Shown one piece after another: positions 36,512 through 45,895 of a stretch of DNA of 64,000 nt. The notes under the pieces are model-generated. The model was not told the DNA's origin. It made no database searches and saw nothing but the letters and a program-made list of their open reading frames with translations. Every line of letters starts with the position of its first letter. The stretch's first letter is position 1. Both the position numbers and the translations under genes were made by a program. Where the stretch lies: positions 16,820-80,819 of the forward strand of contig CAJXGD010000003.1 of the NCBI GenBank assembly GCA_913053845.1, read 5' to 3'. The DNA is from an uncultured bacterium (GTDB lineage: Bacteria; Bipolaricaulota; Bipolaricaulia; RBG-16-55-9; DRJF01).

Positions 36512-37494
36512 GGCTTTGAGCTCGTCCTCTGGGTCAGTTGCAAGAAGACATCTTCCAGCCGCGCTTTGCGGCTCCTGATCGCGTGCATCACCAGGCCGGC
36601 TTGGGCCAATTGTCCCAGGGCTGCTACCAGCGCCGGGTCGTCCAGCCGGCCGCGCAGCCGCAATTTCCCTTCGTCCAACTGATAGTCCAGGCCGTCCAGA
36701 GTGGCCTGAGGGGGGAGCCGGCTCAGCGGCTGATCGAACTGGACCTCCACCCAATCGGTCTGGGCACCGGCCACCAACTGTTCCGGCGCTCCTGTGGCCA
36801 ACAGCCGGCCATGATCGAGGATAGCCACCCGCCGGCAGAGCGCTTCCGCCTCTTCCAGATAATGAGTAGTCAGCAAGATCGTCACCCCGCGCGTGTTCCA
36901 TTCCCGCATCACCTGCCAGATCTGATGGCGTAGTGCCACGTCCGCCCCGGCGGTCGGCTCATCCAGGATGAGAATATCAGGGTGGTGGATCAATGCTTTA
37001 GCCACGATCAAGCGACGCTTCATCCCCCCGGAGAGCTCCTGAATCGCCGCCTGACGCTTATCCCAGAGCTCAAACTGGTTCAGAAGCTCATCGGCCCGCC
37101 GCCGGGCCTCGCGGGGCGGCACGCCAAAGTAACCGGCCTGATAGATCAGAATATCGCGCACCTTGAGAAACCAGCTGTCCAGCGTCTCCTCCTGGGGAGC
37201 GATGCCTACCAGTCGATGCACCCGGCGGTAGTCATGCACGGCGTCCAGCCCTTGGACCAGTACTCGGCCGGAGCTGGGTTTCACCAGGCCGGCGATGACG
37301 TTGATGCTGGTCGTCTTGCCCGCACCGTTGGGGCCGAGCAGGCCGAAGAACTCGCCGCGACGAATATCGAGGCTCAGATCGTGCACCGCCACGGTCTGGC
37401 GATAGACCTTGCGCAGATGTTGGAAAGAGATGGCTATCTGCTGGTCATTTGTCGCCAAAGCGCCCCTCGATCTCGGCGATAGAATCGCCGCCAT
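36508..37494 (-). CDS. ABC transporter ATP-binding protein (ABC-2 exporter type)
   Basis: Walker A 'GPNGAGKTT', signature 'LSGGMKRRL', Walker B 'ILILDEP'. The start is uncertain and may overlap the aroC 3' end. Confidence 0.75.
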   Translation of the reverse strand: MAAILSPRSRGALATNDQQIAISFQHLRKVYRQTVAVHDLSLDIRRGEFFGLLGPNGAGKTTSINVIAGLVKPSSGRVLVQGLDAVHDYRRVHRLVGIAPQEETLDSWFLKVRDILIYQAGYFGVPPREARRRADELLNQFELWDKRQAAIQELSGGMKRRLIVAKALIHHPDILILDEPTAGADVALRHQIWQVMREWNTRGVTILLTTHYLEEAEALCRRVAILDHGRLLATGAPEQLVAGAQTDWVEVQFDQPLSRLPPQATLDGLDYQLDEGKLRLRGRLDDPALVAALGQLAQAGLVMHAIRSRKARLEDVFLQLTQRTSSKP

Positions 37495-38596
37495 ATTTTT
37501 CAAGCAAGGCATCGGCCAGGGTGAAGGCCAATAGGTTCTCCCCGATGATCGAGGCCGCCGGCACCGCACAGACGTCCGAACGCTCCACGTGAGCCTTGAC
37601 CGGCCTCTTGCTAATAATATCCACCGAATCCAGGGGCTGCATAAGCGTGGAGAGCGGCTTCATCGCCACCCGCACGCTCAAGAGCTCGCCGGTGCTCATC
37701 CCGCCTTCAATGCCGCCGGAGCGGCCCTCCCGGCGGTAGAACCCCCGTTGCTCATCATAATAGATCGCGTCGTGCGCCTCCGAGCCCCAGCGGGAGGCCG
37801 CCTCAAAGCCTGAGCCAATTCCTACCCCCTTCATCGCTTGGAGGCTCAGCATGGCCGCCGCGATGCGCGCGTCCAGCTTGCGGTCCCAATGAACATGGCT
37901 GCCCAGGCCCACCGGCAGCCCGGAGACCAGCAGCTCGAAGACCCCGCCGACGGTGTTTTTTTCGGCTTTGGCTTGGTCAATACGCGCGATCATCTCCCGC
38001 TCAGCCTGGGGGTCCAGACAGCGCACCGGCGAGCCGTCCGCCCGGCTCAGCAGCTCACTCAGGTTGGAGAAGTCTCTCGCGTTGGCCTGGCTCCGGATCT
38101 CATGAAGCTGGATCACGTGGGAGGCAATCTGGATGCCGAAATGCGCTAACATATGCCGAGGCAGCGCCCCCAATGCCACCCGCATGGTCGTCTCGCGCGC
38201 GGAGGCCCGCTCCAGCACGTTGCGAATATCGCTAAAGCCATACTTGAGCGCGCCGGCCAGGTCGGCATGGCCCGGCCGCGGGACGGTCACCGGCTGATAA
38301 TCAGGCGGCTCCTGCCAAGGGTCCATCGCCCTCTGCCAGTTCTGCCAGTCGCGGTTCCATACCAGCAGGGCGATGGGACTGCCCAGCGTTTTACCGAAGC
38401 GAATGCCGGCGATGACCTCCGCTTGATCCTGCTCTATTCTCATCCGCCCGCCGCGGCCGTGGCCTCGCTGACGACGGGCCAATTGCCGATTGATTATTTC
38501 CGGCTGAACTACCAGACCGGCAGGCATGCCCTCCAAGATGCCCACCAGTCCGCGGCCGTGAGACTCGCCGGCCGTCAGATAGCGCAATCGTCTCAT
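37445..38596 (-). CDS. aroC: chorismate synthase
   Basis: 'MRRLRYLTAGESHGRGLVGILEGMPAG...RPGHADL' is the canonical AroC. Confidence 0.9.
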   Translation of the reverse strand: MRRLRYLTAGESHGRGLVGILEGMPAGLVVQPEIINRQLARRQRGHGRGGRMRIEQDQAEVIAGIRFGKTLGSPIALLVWNRDWQNWQRAMDPWQEPPDYQPVTVPRPGHADLAGALKYGFSDIRNVLERASARETTMRVALGALPRHMLAHFGIQIASHVIQLHEIRSQANARDFSNLSELLSRADGSPVRCLDPQAEREMIARIDQAKAEKNTVGGVFELLVSGLPVGLGSHVHWDRKLDARIAAAMLSLQAMKGVGIGSGFEAASRWGSEAHDAIYYDEQRGFYRREGRSGGIEGGMSTGELLSVRVAMKPLSTLMQPLDSVDIISKRPVKAHVERSDVCAVPAASIIGENLLAFTLADALLEKYGGDSIAEIEGRFGDK

Positions 38597-38598
38597 GC

Positions 38599-39495
38599 TT
38601 ACTCCCTTCCTGGTTTTCCAGCATAACTAAGTAAATATTTCTGAAGCTCCTCCGCCCAAATATAAAACTCACCACGGGGCCGGCCGGTCCACAGGCATAG
38701 CGATTCTATCCCCTGGTAGATTAGCATCTCCAGGCCGGAGAGCGGTCGCGCTCCCGCCGCCTGTGCCTGGCGGAGCAGCCGCGTCCGGGGTGGCCGATAG
38801 ACCAGATCATAGACTACCAGGCCCGGATGCAGCGGGGCCGCATCGCTCAAAGGCGACCGATCAACCGCCGGAGCCAGCCCCACCGAGGTGGCATTCACCA
38901 GCAGCTCCGCTTCGGCGATGGCCCGATTCAGGCGTGCCATATCAGCTAGCGCGCAGGTATAGATCGCCTGGAAGCCCGTATTAGCTGAGAGCTGCCAGGC
39001 CAGCTCCTCAGCCCGATTCAGCGTGCGATTGGCCAAGGTCAGCCGCCCGATGCCGCCACCGATGAGCGCGTAGACGACGGCGCGGGCCGCGCCACCTGCC
39101 CCCAGCACTATGGCCGAGCGCCCGGCCAACTTGACTACTTTGGCCTCTAGCGCACGCCGGAAGCCAAGCCCGTCGGTATTATAGCCGATGAGCTGCCCAC
39201 CTTGCCGCACGATGGTGTTCACCGCCCCCAGCTGCCGGGCATCGGCGCTCAGGCCGTCCAGATAGGCCAGCACCCGTTCTTTGTGCGGAATGGTCACGTT
39301 CAGTCCGGCGAAGTCGCTCGCACGTGCCTGCTGCAAGAATGCTTGCAGTTCGGAGGAAGCCACCCGATAGGCCCGATACTCATAGCTGAGACCCAGCTTG
39401 GCTATTAAAAAACTGTGCAGCACCGGCGAGAGCGAATGGGCGATCGGATCGCCGATCACGCCCAGTTGCAGCCGCTGCTCGCCAGCTTCAGCCAT
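38599..39495 (-). CDS. aroE: shikimate dehydrogenase
   Basis: 'LGVIGDPIAHSLSPVLH...GLNVTIPHKE...GYNTDGLGF'. ATG at 39495 overlaps the aroA stop by 8 nt. The longer ORF extends to 39558. Confidence 0.8.
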   Translation of the reverse strand: MAEAGEQRLQLGVIGDPIAHSLSPVLHSFLIAKLGLSYEYRAYRVASSELQAFLQQARASDFAGLNVTIPHKERVLAYLDGLSADARQLGAVNTIVRQGGQLIGYNTDGLGFRRALEAKVVKLAGRSAIVLGAGGAARAVVYALIGGGIGRLTLANRTLNRAEELAWQLSANTGFQAIYTCALADMARLNRAIAEAELLVNATSVGLAPAVDRSPLSDAAPLHPGLVVYDLVYRPPRTRLLRQAQAAGARPLSGLEMLIYQGIESLCLWTGRPRGEFYIWAEELQKYLLSYAGKPGRE

Positions 39496-40777
39496 CGCGC
39501 AGCGCCTCCAGTTGGCGATAGAAATTGGGGAAGGAGATGTCTGCCCACTCGGCTCCACTGATCACCGTCTCGCCAGTGGCAATCAGGCCGGCAATCGCGA
39601 AAGCCATGGCGATGCGATGGTCATTAAAGCTGGAGAGCCGTGCGCCTCGCAGGGGCTGGGGACCGGGGATGATCAGCCCATCGGGGCGCTCTTCGAGCTC
39701 GGCCCCCATCCGACGCAGGTTTTTCGCCACCGCTGCCAGACGGTCGGTCTCCTTGACCCGCAGCTCGGCGGCATCTTCAATCACCGTGGTGCCCTGGGCT
39801 TGGGTGGCGACCACGGCTAAGAGGGGCAGCTCATCTATCAACGCCGGAATGGCCGAGCCGGCTAGCTTGATCGCTTGCAAGGCCGGGACACCTTGCACCC
39901 GCAGGTCGGCCAGTGGCTCCCCGGCCGGCTCGCGCTCGCGGAGCAGTTCGATTTGAGCTCCCATGTGGCGCAAGGCGGTCAGAAAACCTGTCCGAGTGGG
40001 ATTGACGCCGATATTGGCCAAGTGCAGATCGCTGCCGGGCAGCAGCGCTGCTGCGACAATGAAAAAGGCCGCCGAGGAGAGATCGCCGGGGATGGGCCAA
40101 TCGCAGGCCGGCAGATCGTCGGCGAGCGGGCCGCTCAGGCTCAGGCAGTTATCTGAGATCTCCAGCGGCACGCCCAACCGTCGCAACATGCGCTCAGTGT
40201 GATCGCGCGTCGGCTGCGTCTCGATGATCTGAGTATGGCCCTGGGCGTAGAGACCGGCCAGCAGCAGGCAGCTCTTGAGCTGCGCCGAGGCGACTGGCAA
40301 TTTGTAGGTGATCCCACGCAGCGGTCCGCCACTAATCCGCAAGGGTGGATGGCCGGCGCGGCTCTCGATCTGAGCTCCCATCTGGGCCAGCGGTCGGATG
40401 ATCCGCTCCATGGGCCGCTGCCGCAGCGACTCATCGCCGCTGAGGCGGCTCTCGAAGGGCTGAGCAGCCAAGAGACCGGCCAGCAGGCGCATGGCCGTGC
40501 CGGAGTTGCCGGCATCCAGAGTGCCGGCCGGGGCGCGCAGTCCCTTCAGGCCGCGGCCCTCCACCAGCACTCGCCCGCCGGCTTGAGTGATGGCTACACC
40601 GAGCGCCCGCAGGCAGTTGGCAGTGCTGACCAGGTCGGCTCCCGGCGCCAGGCCGCTGATCTCGCTGCTGCCTCGAGCGATGGCGCTTAGCAGCAGAGCC
40701 CGATGCGAGATGGACTTGTCGCCGGGGACGGTCAGTGTGCCCATCAAGCGCCGAGCCGGCCGGATAGTGCGTTCCAT
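39488..40777 (-). CDS. aroA: 3-phosphoshikimate 1-carboxyvinyltransferase (EPSP synthase)
   Basis: 'LTVPGDKSISHRALLLSAIARG...LDAGNSGTAMRLLAG' is the canonical AroA. Confidence 0.9.
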   Translation of the reverse strand: MERTIRPARRLMGTLTVPGDKSISHRALLLSAIARGSSEISGLAPGADLVSTANCLRALGVAITQAGGRVLVEGRGLKGLRAPAGTLDAGNSGTAMRLLAGLLAAQPFESRLSGDESLRQRPMERIIRPLAQMGAQIESRAGHPPLRISGGPLRGITYKLPVASAQLKSCLLLAGLYAQGHTQIIETQPTRDHTERMLRRLGVPLEISDNCLSLSGPLADDLPACDWPIPGDLSSAAFFIVAAALLPGSDLHLANIGVNPTRTGFLTALRHMGAQIELLREREPAGEPLADLRVQGVPALQAIKLAGSAIPALIDELPLLAVVATQAQGTTVIEDAAELRVKETDRLAAVAKNLRRMGAELEERPDGLIIPGPQPLRGARLSSFNDHRIAMAFAIAGLIATGETVISGAEWADISFPNFYRQLEALRDG

Positions 40778-40786
40778 GCTGACTCT

Positions 40787-41833
40787 CTAGTTAGGCGAAA
40801 CGTCGGACAAAACTGGAGCCTCGAAGACCCGTCCGACCGCCCGACCTATCGTGGCCAGCTCAGAGGAGAGCTGAGCCAGTTGCTCGGGCAGCAGCGCCTG
40901 GGGGCCGTCGCTGAGCGCCTCATCGGGCCGATTATGGGTCTCGACGATCAGGCCGTCGGCTCCGGCGGCGATGGCCGCGCGGGCCAGGGGCAGGACACGC
41001 TCGCGCAGGCCGGCGGCGTGCGAGGGATCCACGATGACCGGCAGATGGCTCAGCCGCTTGACCACCGGGATGGCCCCCAGATCGAGCGTGAAGCGGTTGT
41101 AATCGGAAAAAGTGCGGATGCCACGCTCGCAGAGGATCACCTGGTAGTTGCCCTCGCTCAAGATATACTCGGCGGCCATCAGCCACTCGTCAATGGTCGC
41201 GGCCAGACCGCGCTTGAGCAGCACCGGCCGCTCGCTGCGTCCCACCGCGCGCAAGAGCGAGTAGTTCTGCATGTTGCGCGCCCCGATCTGGAAGATATCT
41301 GCATACTGGGCGACCAACTCGACCTGAGAGCTGTCCATCACTTCGGTGATGGTGAGCAGGCCGTAGGCGTCGGCGGCCTGGCGCAGCAACTTGAGGCCGT
41401 CCTCCCCTAGCCCCTGGAAGCTGTAGGGGCTGGTGCGAGGCTTGAAAGCCCCGCCGCGCAGGATCTTTCCGCCTTGGGCAGCGACCAGCTGGGCGATCGT
41501 CTCGATCTGCTCTTCGCTCTCGACCGAGCAGGGCCCGGCCATCAGCACCAGCTCCCGTCCGCCCAGGGAAACCCCGCCCAACCGGATCACCGTATCGTCC
41601 GGCTTGAACTCGCGGCTGGCCAACTTGTAGGGCTTGGTGATCTCGACGATCTCGCGCACGCCGGGCAGGATCTCCAGTTGACGCGCATTCAGCCCGCGCT
41701 TGTCGCCGATGGCCCCCAGGATGCTCTGGTTGACCCCGTCAATCCGATGCACCTGGAAGCCCAGCTCGATCAGCTTGTTACTGGCCGCTGCTATCTGTTC
41801 TTCCGCCGCTCCAACCTCCATGACGATGACCAT
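40787..41833 (-). CDS. aroG: 3-deoxy-7-phosphoheptulonate (DAHP) synthase, type Ibeta with N-terminal ACT/ferredoxin-like regulatory domain
   Basis: ~80-aa N-terminal regulatory domain, then the KDO8PS/DAH7PS-type barrel ('LMAGPCSVESEEQ...GAFKPRTSPYSFQGLG'). Confidence 0.85.
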   Translation of the reverse strand: MVIVMEVGAAEEQIAAASNKLIELGFQVHRIDGVNQSILGAIGDKRGLNARQLEILPGVREIVEITKPYKLASREFKPDDTVIRLGGVSLGGRELVLMAGPCSVESEEQIETIAQLVAAQGGKILRGGAFKPRTSPYSFQGLGEDGLKLLRQAADAYGLLTITEVMDSSQVELVAQYADIFQIGARNMQNYSLLRAVGRSERPVLLKRGLAATIDEWLMAAEYILSEGNYQVILCERGIRTFSDYNRFTLDLGAIPVVKRLSHLPVIVDPSHAAGLRERVLPLARAAIAAGADGLIVETHNRPDEALSDGPQALLPEQLAQLSSELATIGRAVGRVFEAPVLSDVSPN

Positions 41834-42079
41834 CTTAAATCCTCCTTGGTTTGCCTACTGAAAAGAAGTAGCAATGCTCTTTGGACCACATACCAACAAC
41901 GCTCTAGCGGCGAACGAGTAATTAAGCCCCCTGGGGGGGCCAAAAGGAAGGAAAGATAAACAAGGTGAGGAGGGGGTTATCTCGGAAGCAACCCGTCAGA
42001 TCAACCGGTGTTTGGCACATGACTACCCCCCCCTTTATAGATTTGCACTATAGCACAGCAGGCGCTTTTCGTCAAGCTG

Positions 42080-42109
42080 TTGACAAACGGGCTCCACTCA
42101 TGCTATATT
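42080..42109 (+). promoter_or_regulatory. sigma70-like promoter TTGACA-18nt-TATATT upstream of the MMPL gene
   Basis: Seen in sequence: TTGACA at 42080-42085 and TATATT at 42104-42109. Followed by a ~190-nt leader. Confidence 0.5.
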
Positions 42110-42213
42110 ATTGCGCAATTATGAAAGTGCGAAAGGATAGGGATAGAGAGCCAAAAAATGGGCAACTGAGTGGGCGGAAGCCTTCTTCACCCAACCTTCA
42201 CTGCACTCCCACG

Positions 42214-42228
42214 GGACCTTCAAGGTCC
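42214..42228. promoter_or_regulatory. perfect 15-bp palindrome GGACCTTCAAGGTCC in the MMPL 5' leader (operator-like)
   Basis: Seen in sequence between the promoter and the start codon at 42300. The loop is too short for an RNA hairpin, so a dimeric repressor site is more likely. Confidence 0.4.
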
Positions 42229-42299
42229 AGCGCTAAGCTGGCGATCATCGGCTCGGCGGTGCGAAAGCAAACGAGAAAACCGCCGGATAGGAGAAAGAG

Positions 42300-44753
42300 G
42301 TGACGATGAAAAAAACAGGTTGGTTTTCAAAATTGTCCTCGTGGAACTTGACCCGCTTCTCAGTGGATCACCCCTGGGTCGTGTTGGCGCTCGTCGGGCT
42401 GGTCACCATCGCCTTTGGCCTGCAACTGCCGAACATGCGAACTGACACCGATCCCACCAACATGCTGCCGGCGAACTCCGAGGTGCGGGTGCAGAATGCC
42501 GAGGTCCGGGCTCGCTTTCAGCTACACAAGGATACCATCGTCTTGGGGATCGTCAATGATGGAGCGGATGGCATCTTTAATCCGGGCACGCTGCAAAAGA
42601 TCGTCCGCATCAGCGATCAGATCCTAAGGCTGAAGGGCGTGTCCGCCCCCGACGTCACCGGTTTGAGCACCGTTGACTATCTCAGTGCCAAGGGCAACGA
42701 TCTCAAGGTGCGAGTGCTGCTGCGCACCGCACCCACGACGCCGGAGGGGATCGCCGCGCTGAAGAAGAAGATCGCTGAGGTTCCATCCTATCAGGGGACG
42801 CTTATCTCACGCGATGGCCATACCACCGCGATCTATATTCCCCTCAAGAAGGGGACCAACGGCAAAGCGATCGCCGATCAGATCCGGGCCATCGTGGCTA
42901 AGGAGAAAGGCCCGGAACGTTTCTATCTCACCGGCGATCCCATCGCCCGCGACACCTTCGGGGCCGAGATGTTCAAACAGATGTTCATCTTCTCCCCCCT
43001 GGCCGGCCTGGTAATGTTCCTGTTCCTCTTCTTGATGTTCCGCAATCTTCCCTTGGTGCTCTCCATGATGGGCGCGGCAATCATCAGCATCATCTGGACG
43101 ATGGGACTGCACGTCGGCTTGGGCTTCCCGGTGCACATCATGAGCTCGATGATCCCGGTCTTCCTCATCGCCCTGGCCACCGATAGCGTGCACATCTTCA
43201 ACGAGTTCTACTTTCGCTACCGGAAGAGGGGCGACAAACGTCAGGCCATCATCGAGACGATGCAGGTCGTGGGGCGCCCGGTGCGCTATACGGCGCTGGC
43301 TGCCGCCGTGGGTTTTGGAGCATTGGCCATCGAAGGGCTGCTGGCCCTCTACGCGGGGCAATACCTGCCCCTGCGCGGGGCGATCGTCCCGGTGATGGTC
43401 TTTGGGGCCTTCATGGCCTTTGGGGTCTTGGCCATCCGCGTGCTCAGCTTCAGCTTCATCCCGGCCGTGTTGTCCTTGGTGAACGAGAAAGCGCTGCTCA
43501 AGCGAACTGCCGGCGAGGATCTGGCAGAAAACCGCGTAAGTCGCTGGCTGGGCAAGCTGGGACGCTTCAGCGTGCGGCGCTGGGCGGGGATCCTGACCGT
43601 CGGCCTGATCGCCCTGGTCATCGCCAGCGTGGGCGTGAGCCAGATCCATGTGAACAACAACCTCATCTCCTGGTTCAAGCCGGGCTCGCCGATCCGCACC
43701 GCCGATCGGGTGCTCAACGCGCGCCTGGCCGGCACGGCCCCGGCCTACCTGATACTCAACATGCCCACAAAGAACGCTATCAAACAGCCGGAGACGCTGC
43801 GCTACCTCCAGGCACTGCAACGCGATCTGGAACGGCTGCCGGCCGTGGGCAAGAGCTTCTCCATCGTTAACTACCTCACTCGCATCAATCGGGTGATGCA
43901 CGCCGATGATCCTAAATACCAGACCATTCCTGATAATTCCCGCCTCATCGCTCAGTATCTACTGCTCTTCAGCATGGCGGCTCAGCCCCATGATCTCAAG
44001 AACGTGGTTGACTTCTCCTATCAACGGGCGAACATCTGGCTATGGCTCAGAAGCTGGGACGCCGCAGCGATGCGGAGTGTGATCACGGAAGCCCGACGCT
44101 TCGCGGCCACGCATCCCCTGCCGGGTGCCAGCTTGCAGCCGGCCGGCACCTCCTACTTCAACCTGGTCTGGAACGATGAGGTGCTCTACGGGATGCTGGA
44201 GGGCTTTGCCCTGGCCTCACTGCTGATATTGTTCATCCTGGCGCTGGACTTCCGTTCCTGGCGCTGGGGCTTGGTGGCCTTCATCCCGCTCTTGGCCACG
44301 GTGGTGCTGATCTATGGCTTCGTCGGCTGGCGCAAGATCGATTTCGACATGCCGATAGCCGTCCTCTCCACGCTCTCGCTGGGCATGTCGGTGGACTTTG
44401 CAATCCATTTCACCACCCGCCTGCGGCAGCGCTACGCGGAGCGGCCAAACCTGACCGAGGCGCTCGTCTGGACGGTCACCCGTCCGGGCAAGGGGGTCCT
44501 GCGCAACGCGGTTCTCTTTGCGGCCAGCTTTGCCGTGATGCTGGCCTCCTCGCTCACCCCTTATGTGACCGTGGGGACCTTCGTCATGGCCATCATGCTC
44601 ATCAGCGCCGGGGTGACCTTGGTCGTCCTGCCCGCGCTGGTCTACGCCCTGCGAGGCTGGTTGCCGGGGCTGGGGGCTGAAACCGTTGTGGAGTCGGCGT
44701 CAGAATATGCACTCAATCAAACCAATCAGGAGGTAGATCGACGTGAAAGTTAA
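42300..44753 (+). CDS. MMPL/RND-superfamily membrane transporter
   Basis: 817 aa. Two 6-TM bundles, each preceded by a large extracytoplasmic domain, typical of MMPL/HpnN-like exporters. Confidence 0.8.
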   Translation: MTMKKTGWFSKLSSWNLTRFSVDHPWVVLALVGLVTIAFGLQLPNMRTDTDPTNMLPANSEVRVQNAEVRARFQLHKDTIVLGIVNDGADGIFNPGTLQKIVRISDQILRLKGVSAPDVTGLSTVDYLSAKGNDLKVRVLLRTAPTTPEGIAALKKKIAEVPSYQGTLISRDGHTTAIYIPLKKGTNGKAIADQIRAIVAKEKGPERFYLTGDPIARDTFGAEMFKQMFIFSPLAGLVMFLFLFLMFRNLPLVLSMMGAAIISIIWTMGLHVGLGFPVHIMSSMIPVFLIALATDSVHIFNEFYFRYRKRGDKRQAIIETMQVVGRPVRYTALAAAVGFGALAIEGLLALYAGQYLPLRGAIVPVMVFGAFMAFGVLAIRVLSFSFIPAVLSLVNEKALLKRTAGEDLAENRVSRWLGKLGRFSVRRWAGILTVGLIALVIASVGVSQIHVNNNLISWFKPGSPIRTADRVLNARLAGTAPAYLILNMPTKNAIKQPETLRYLQALQRDLERLPAVGKSFSIVNYLTRINRVMHADDPKYQTIPDNSRLIAQYLLLFSMAAQPHDLKNVVDFSYQRANIWLWLRSWDAAAMRSVITEARRFAATHPLPGASLQPAGTSYFNLVWNDEVLYGMLEGFALASLLILFILALDFRSWRWGLVAFIPLLATVVLIYGFVGWRKIDFDMPIAVLSTLSLGMSVDFAIHFTTRLRQRYAERPNLTEALVWTVTRPGKGVLRNAVLFAASFAVMLASSLTPYVTVGTFVMAIMLISAGVTLVVLPALVYALRGWLPGLGAETVVESASEYALNQTNQEVDRRES

Positions 44754-45549
44754 GTTCAAGTTAGTCGCGTTGTCCTTAGTGGCGCTGCTCAGCGCCTACG
44801 GACTCTCTGGAGGGCTCCCGGCTCAGGCCCAGGGGCCCACGGCCGACCAGATCATGCAGCAGGTCGAGAGCCGCTTTCAGGGGAACGATTTCGTCGCCCC
44901 GCAGGTAACGCTCACCACCACCAATGCCCAAGGGGAGAAGCAGACGCTGCAGATCAGCCTCAAGGCGCTTCTCTACGACAAGAAGGACGTGAAGTACAAG
45001 GTCCTGCTCAAGGTGCTTCAGCCAGTGGACTCCAAGGGCACAGCCTTCCTAGCCATTGAGCGAGTCTATCCACAGCCGAACGACGAGTGGCTCTTCCTTC
45101 CGGCGCTGGGCCAGGTGAAGAAGCTGGACCCGGAGAACGCCCGCAACTCACTCTTCGGCAGTGTCTTCAATTTCGAGGACGTCACCGGTCGGCCGGCGGC
45201 CGCCGACACGCACAAACTCCTGCGCACCGAGACGGTGGACGGGCGCCCAACCTGGGTCGTCGAGAGCATCCCCAAGGAACCCAACACGGTGGAGTTCGGT
45301 CGCCGGGTGACCTGGGTCGATCAGGAGAGCCTGATCATCCTCAAAGAGGAGCTCTATGACCATCAGGGCGCGCTGCTGCGCACCGGTCAACTGCTCAAGC
45401 AGGAGAAGCTCGACGGCATCTGGACGATGATCAAAGCTGAAGTGAAGAACGTGCAGACCGGTGAGGAGAGCACCTTCGATTTCGGCCAGGTGCAGCACAA
45501 CGTCGGCCTGGCTGAGAGCCTCTTCGATCCGGCGAATCTGGGCAAGTGA
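44743..45549 (+). CDS. LolA-like outer-membrane-lipoprotein-sorting family protein (MMPL-associated)
   Basis: Signal peptide and ~250-aa beta-rich protein. Start overlaps the MMPL stop. Resembles LolA-fold partners commonly encoded next to MMPL transporters. Confidence 0.5.
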   Translation: MKVKFKLVALSLVALLSAYGLSGGLPAQAQGPTADQIMQQVESRFQGNDFVAPQVTLTTTNAQGEKQTLQISLKALLYDKKDVKYKVLLKVLQPVDSKGTAFLAIERVYPQPNDEWLFLPALGQVKKLDPENARNSLFGSVFNFEDVTGRPAAADTHKLLRTETVDGRPTWVVESIPKEPNTVEFGRRVTWVDQESLIILKEELYDHQGALLRTGQLLKQEKLDGIWTMIKAEVKNVQTGEESTFDFGQVQHNVGLAESLFDPANLGK

Positions 45550-45646
45550 GAAGGCAGTTTAACTTCACCGAGAGGTGCAGAGGAGGGTGGGCCGGGTGCC
45601 TGCCCTCCTCCCCCTCGATCGGTCGCTTTAAGAAAGGAGCAAGACG

Positions 45647-45895
45647 ATGTCATTGGAACGCTGGTTGCGCTTAGTCGCGGGGTCGTTCGTGCTGATCAGT
45701 CTGGCGCTGGCGGAGTGGGTCTCACCTTACTGGCTGATCTTCACCGCTCTGGTCGGTCTGAACCTGCTCCAGTCAGCCTTTACCAATTGGTGTCCGGTGA
45801 TGGCCCTGTTGCGCAGACTGGGAAGGACAGAGGAGGGTGACGAAGAGCCAAGTATCTGCAGGAAGGAGAAGGCCAATGTCTCAGGAACAACTTAG
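45647..45895 (+). CDS. DUF2892 (YgaP-like) small membrane protein
   Basis: 'ERWLRLVAGSFVLISLALAEW...GLNLLQSAFTNWCPVMALL' is the DUF2892 signature with conserved Cys. Confidence 0.6.
   Translation: MSLERWLRLVAGSFVLISLALAEWVSPYWLIFTALVGLNLLQSAFTNWCPVMALLRRLGRTEEGDEEPSICRKEKANVSGTT

Noticed and set aside
35750-36901. Long form (383 aa) of the ABC-2 permease with a 130-aa Gly/Arg/Pro-rich N-extension
   Set aside because: The extension overlaps the upstream ATPase gene in another frame. The conserved ABC-2 domain begins at the internal ATG (36511), which overlaps the ATPase stop.
41917-41931. GCCCCCTGGGGGGGC hairpin as an intrinsic terminator
   Set aside because: It lies upstream of the DAHP synthase start codon and is not followed by a U-tract on either strand. 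More likely a structural or operator element, so it was not annotated as a terminator.
41965-42303. 112-aa basic ORF upstream of the MMPL gene
   Set aside because: It spans the identified promoter and leader. Low-complexity basic composition, no RBS, no family.
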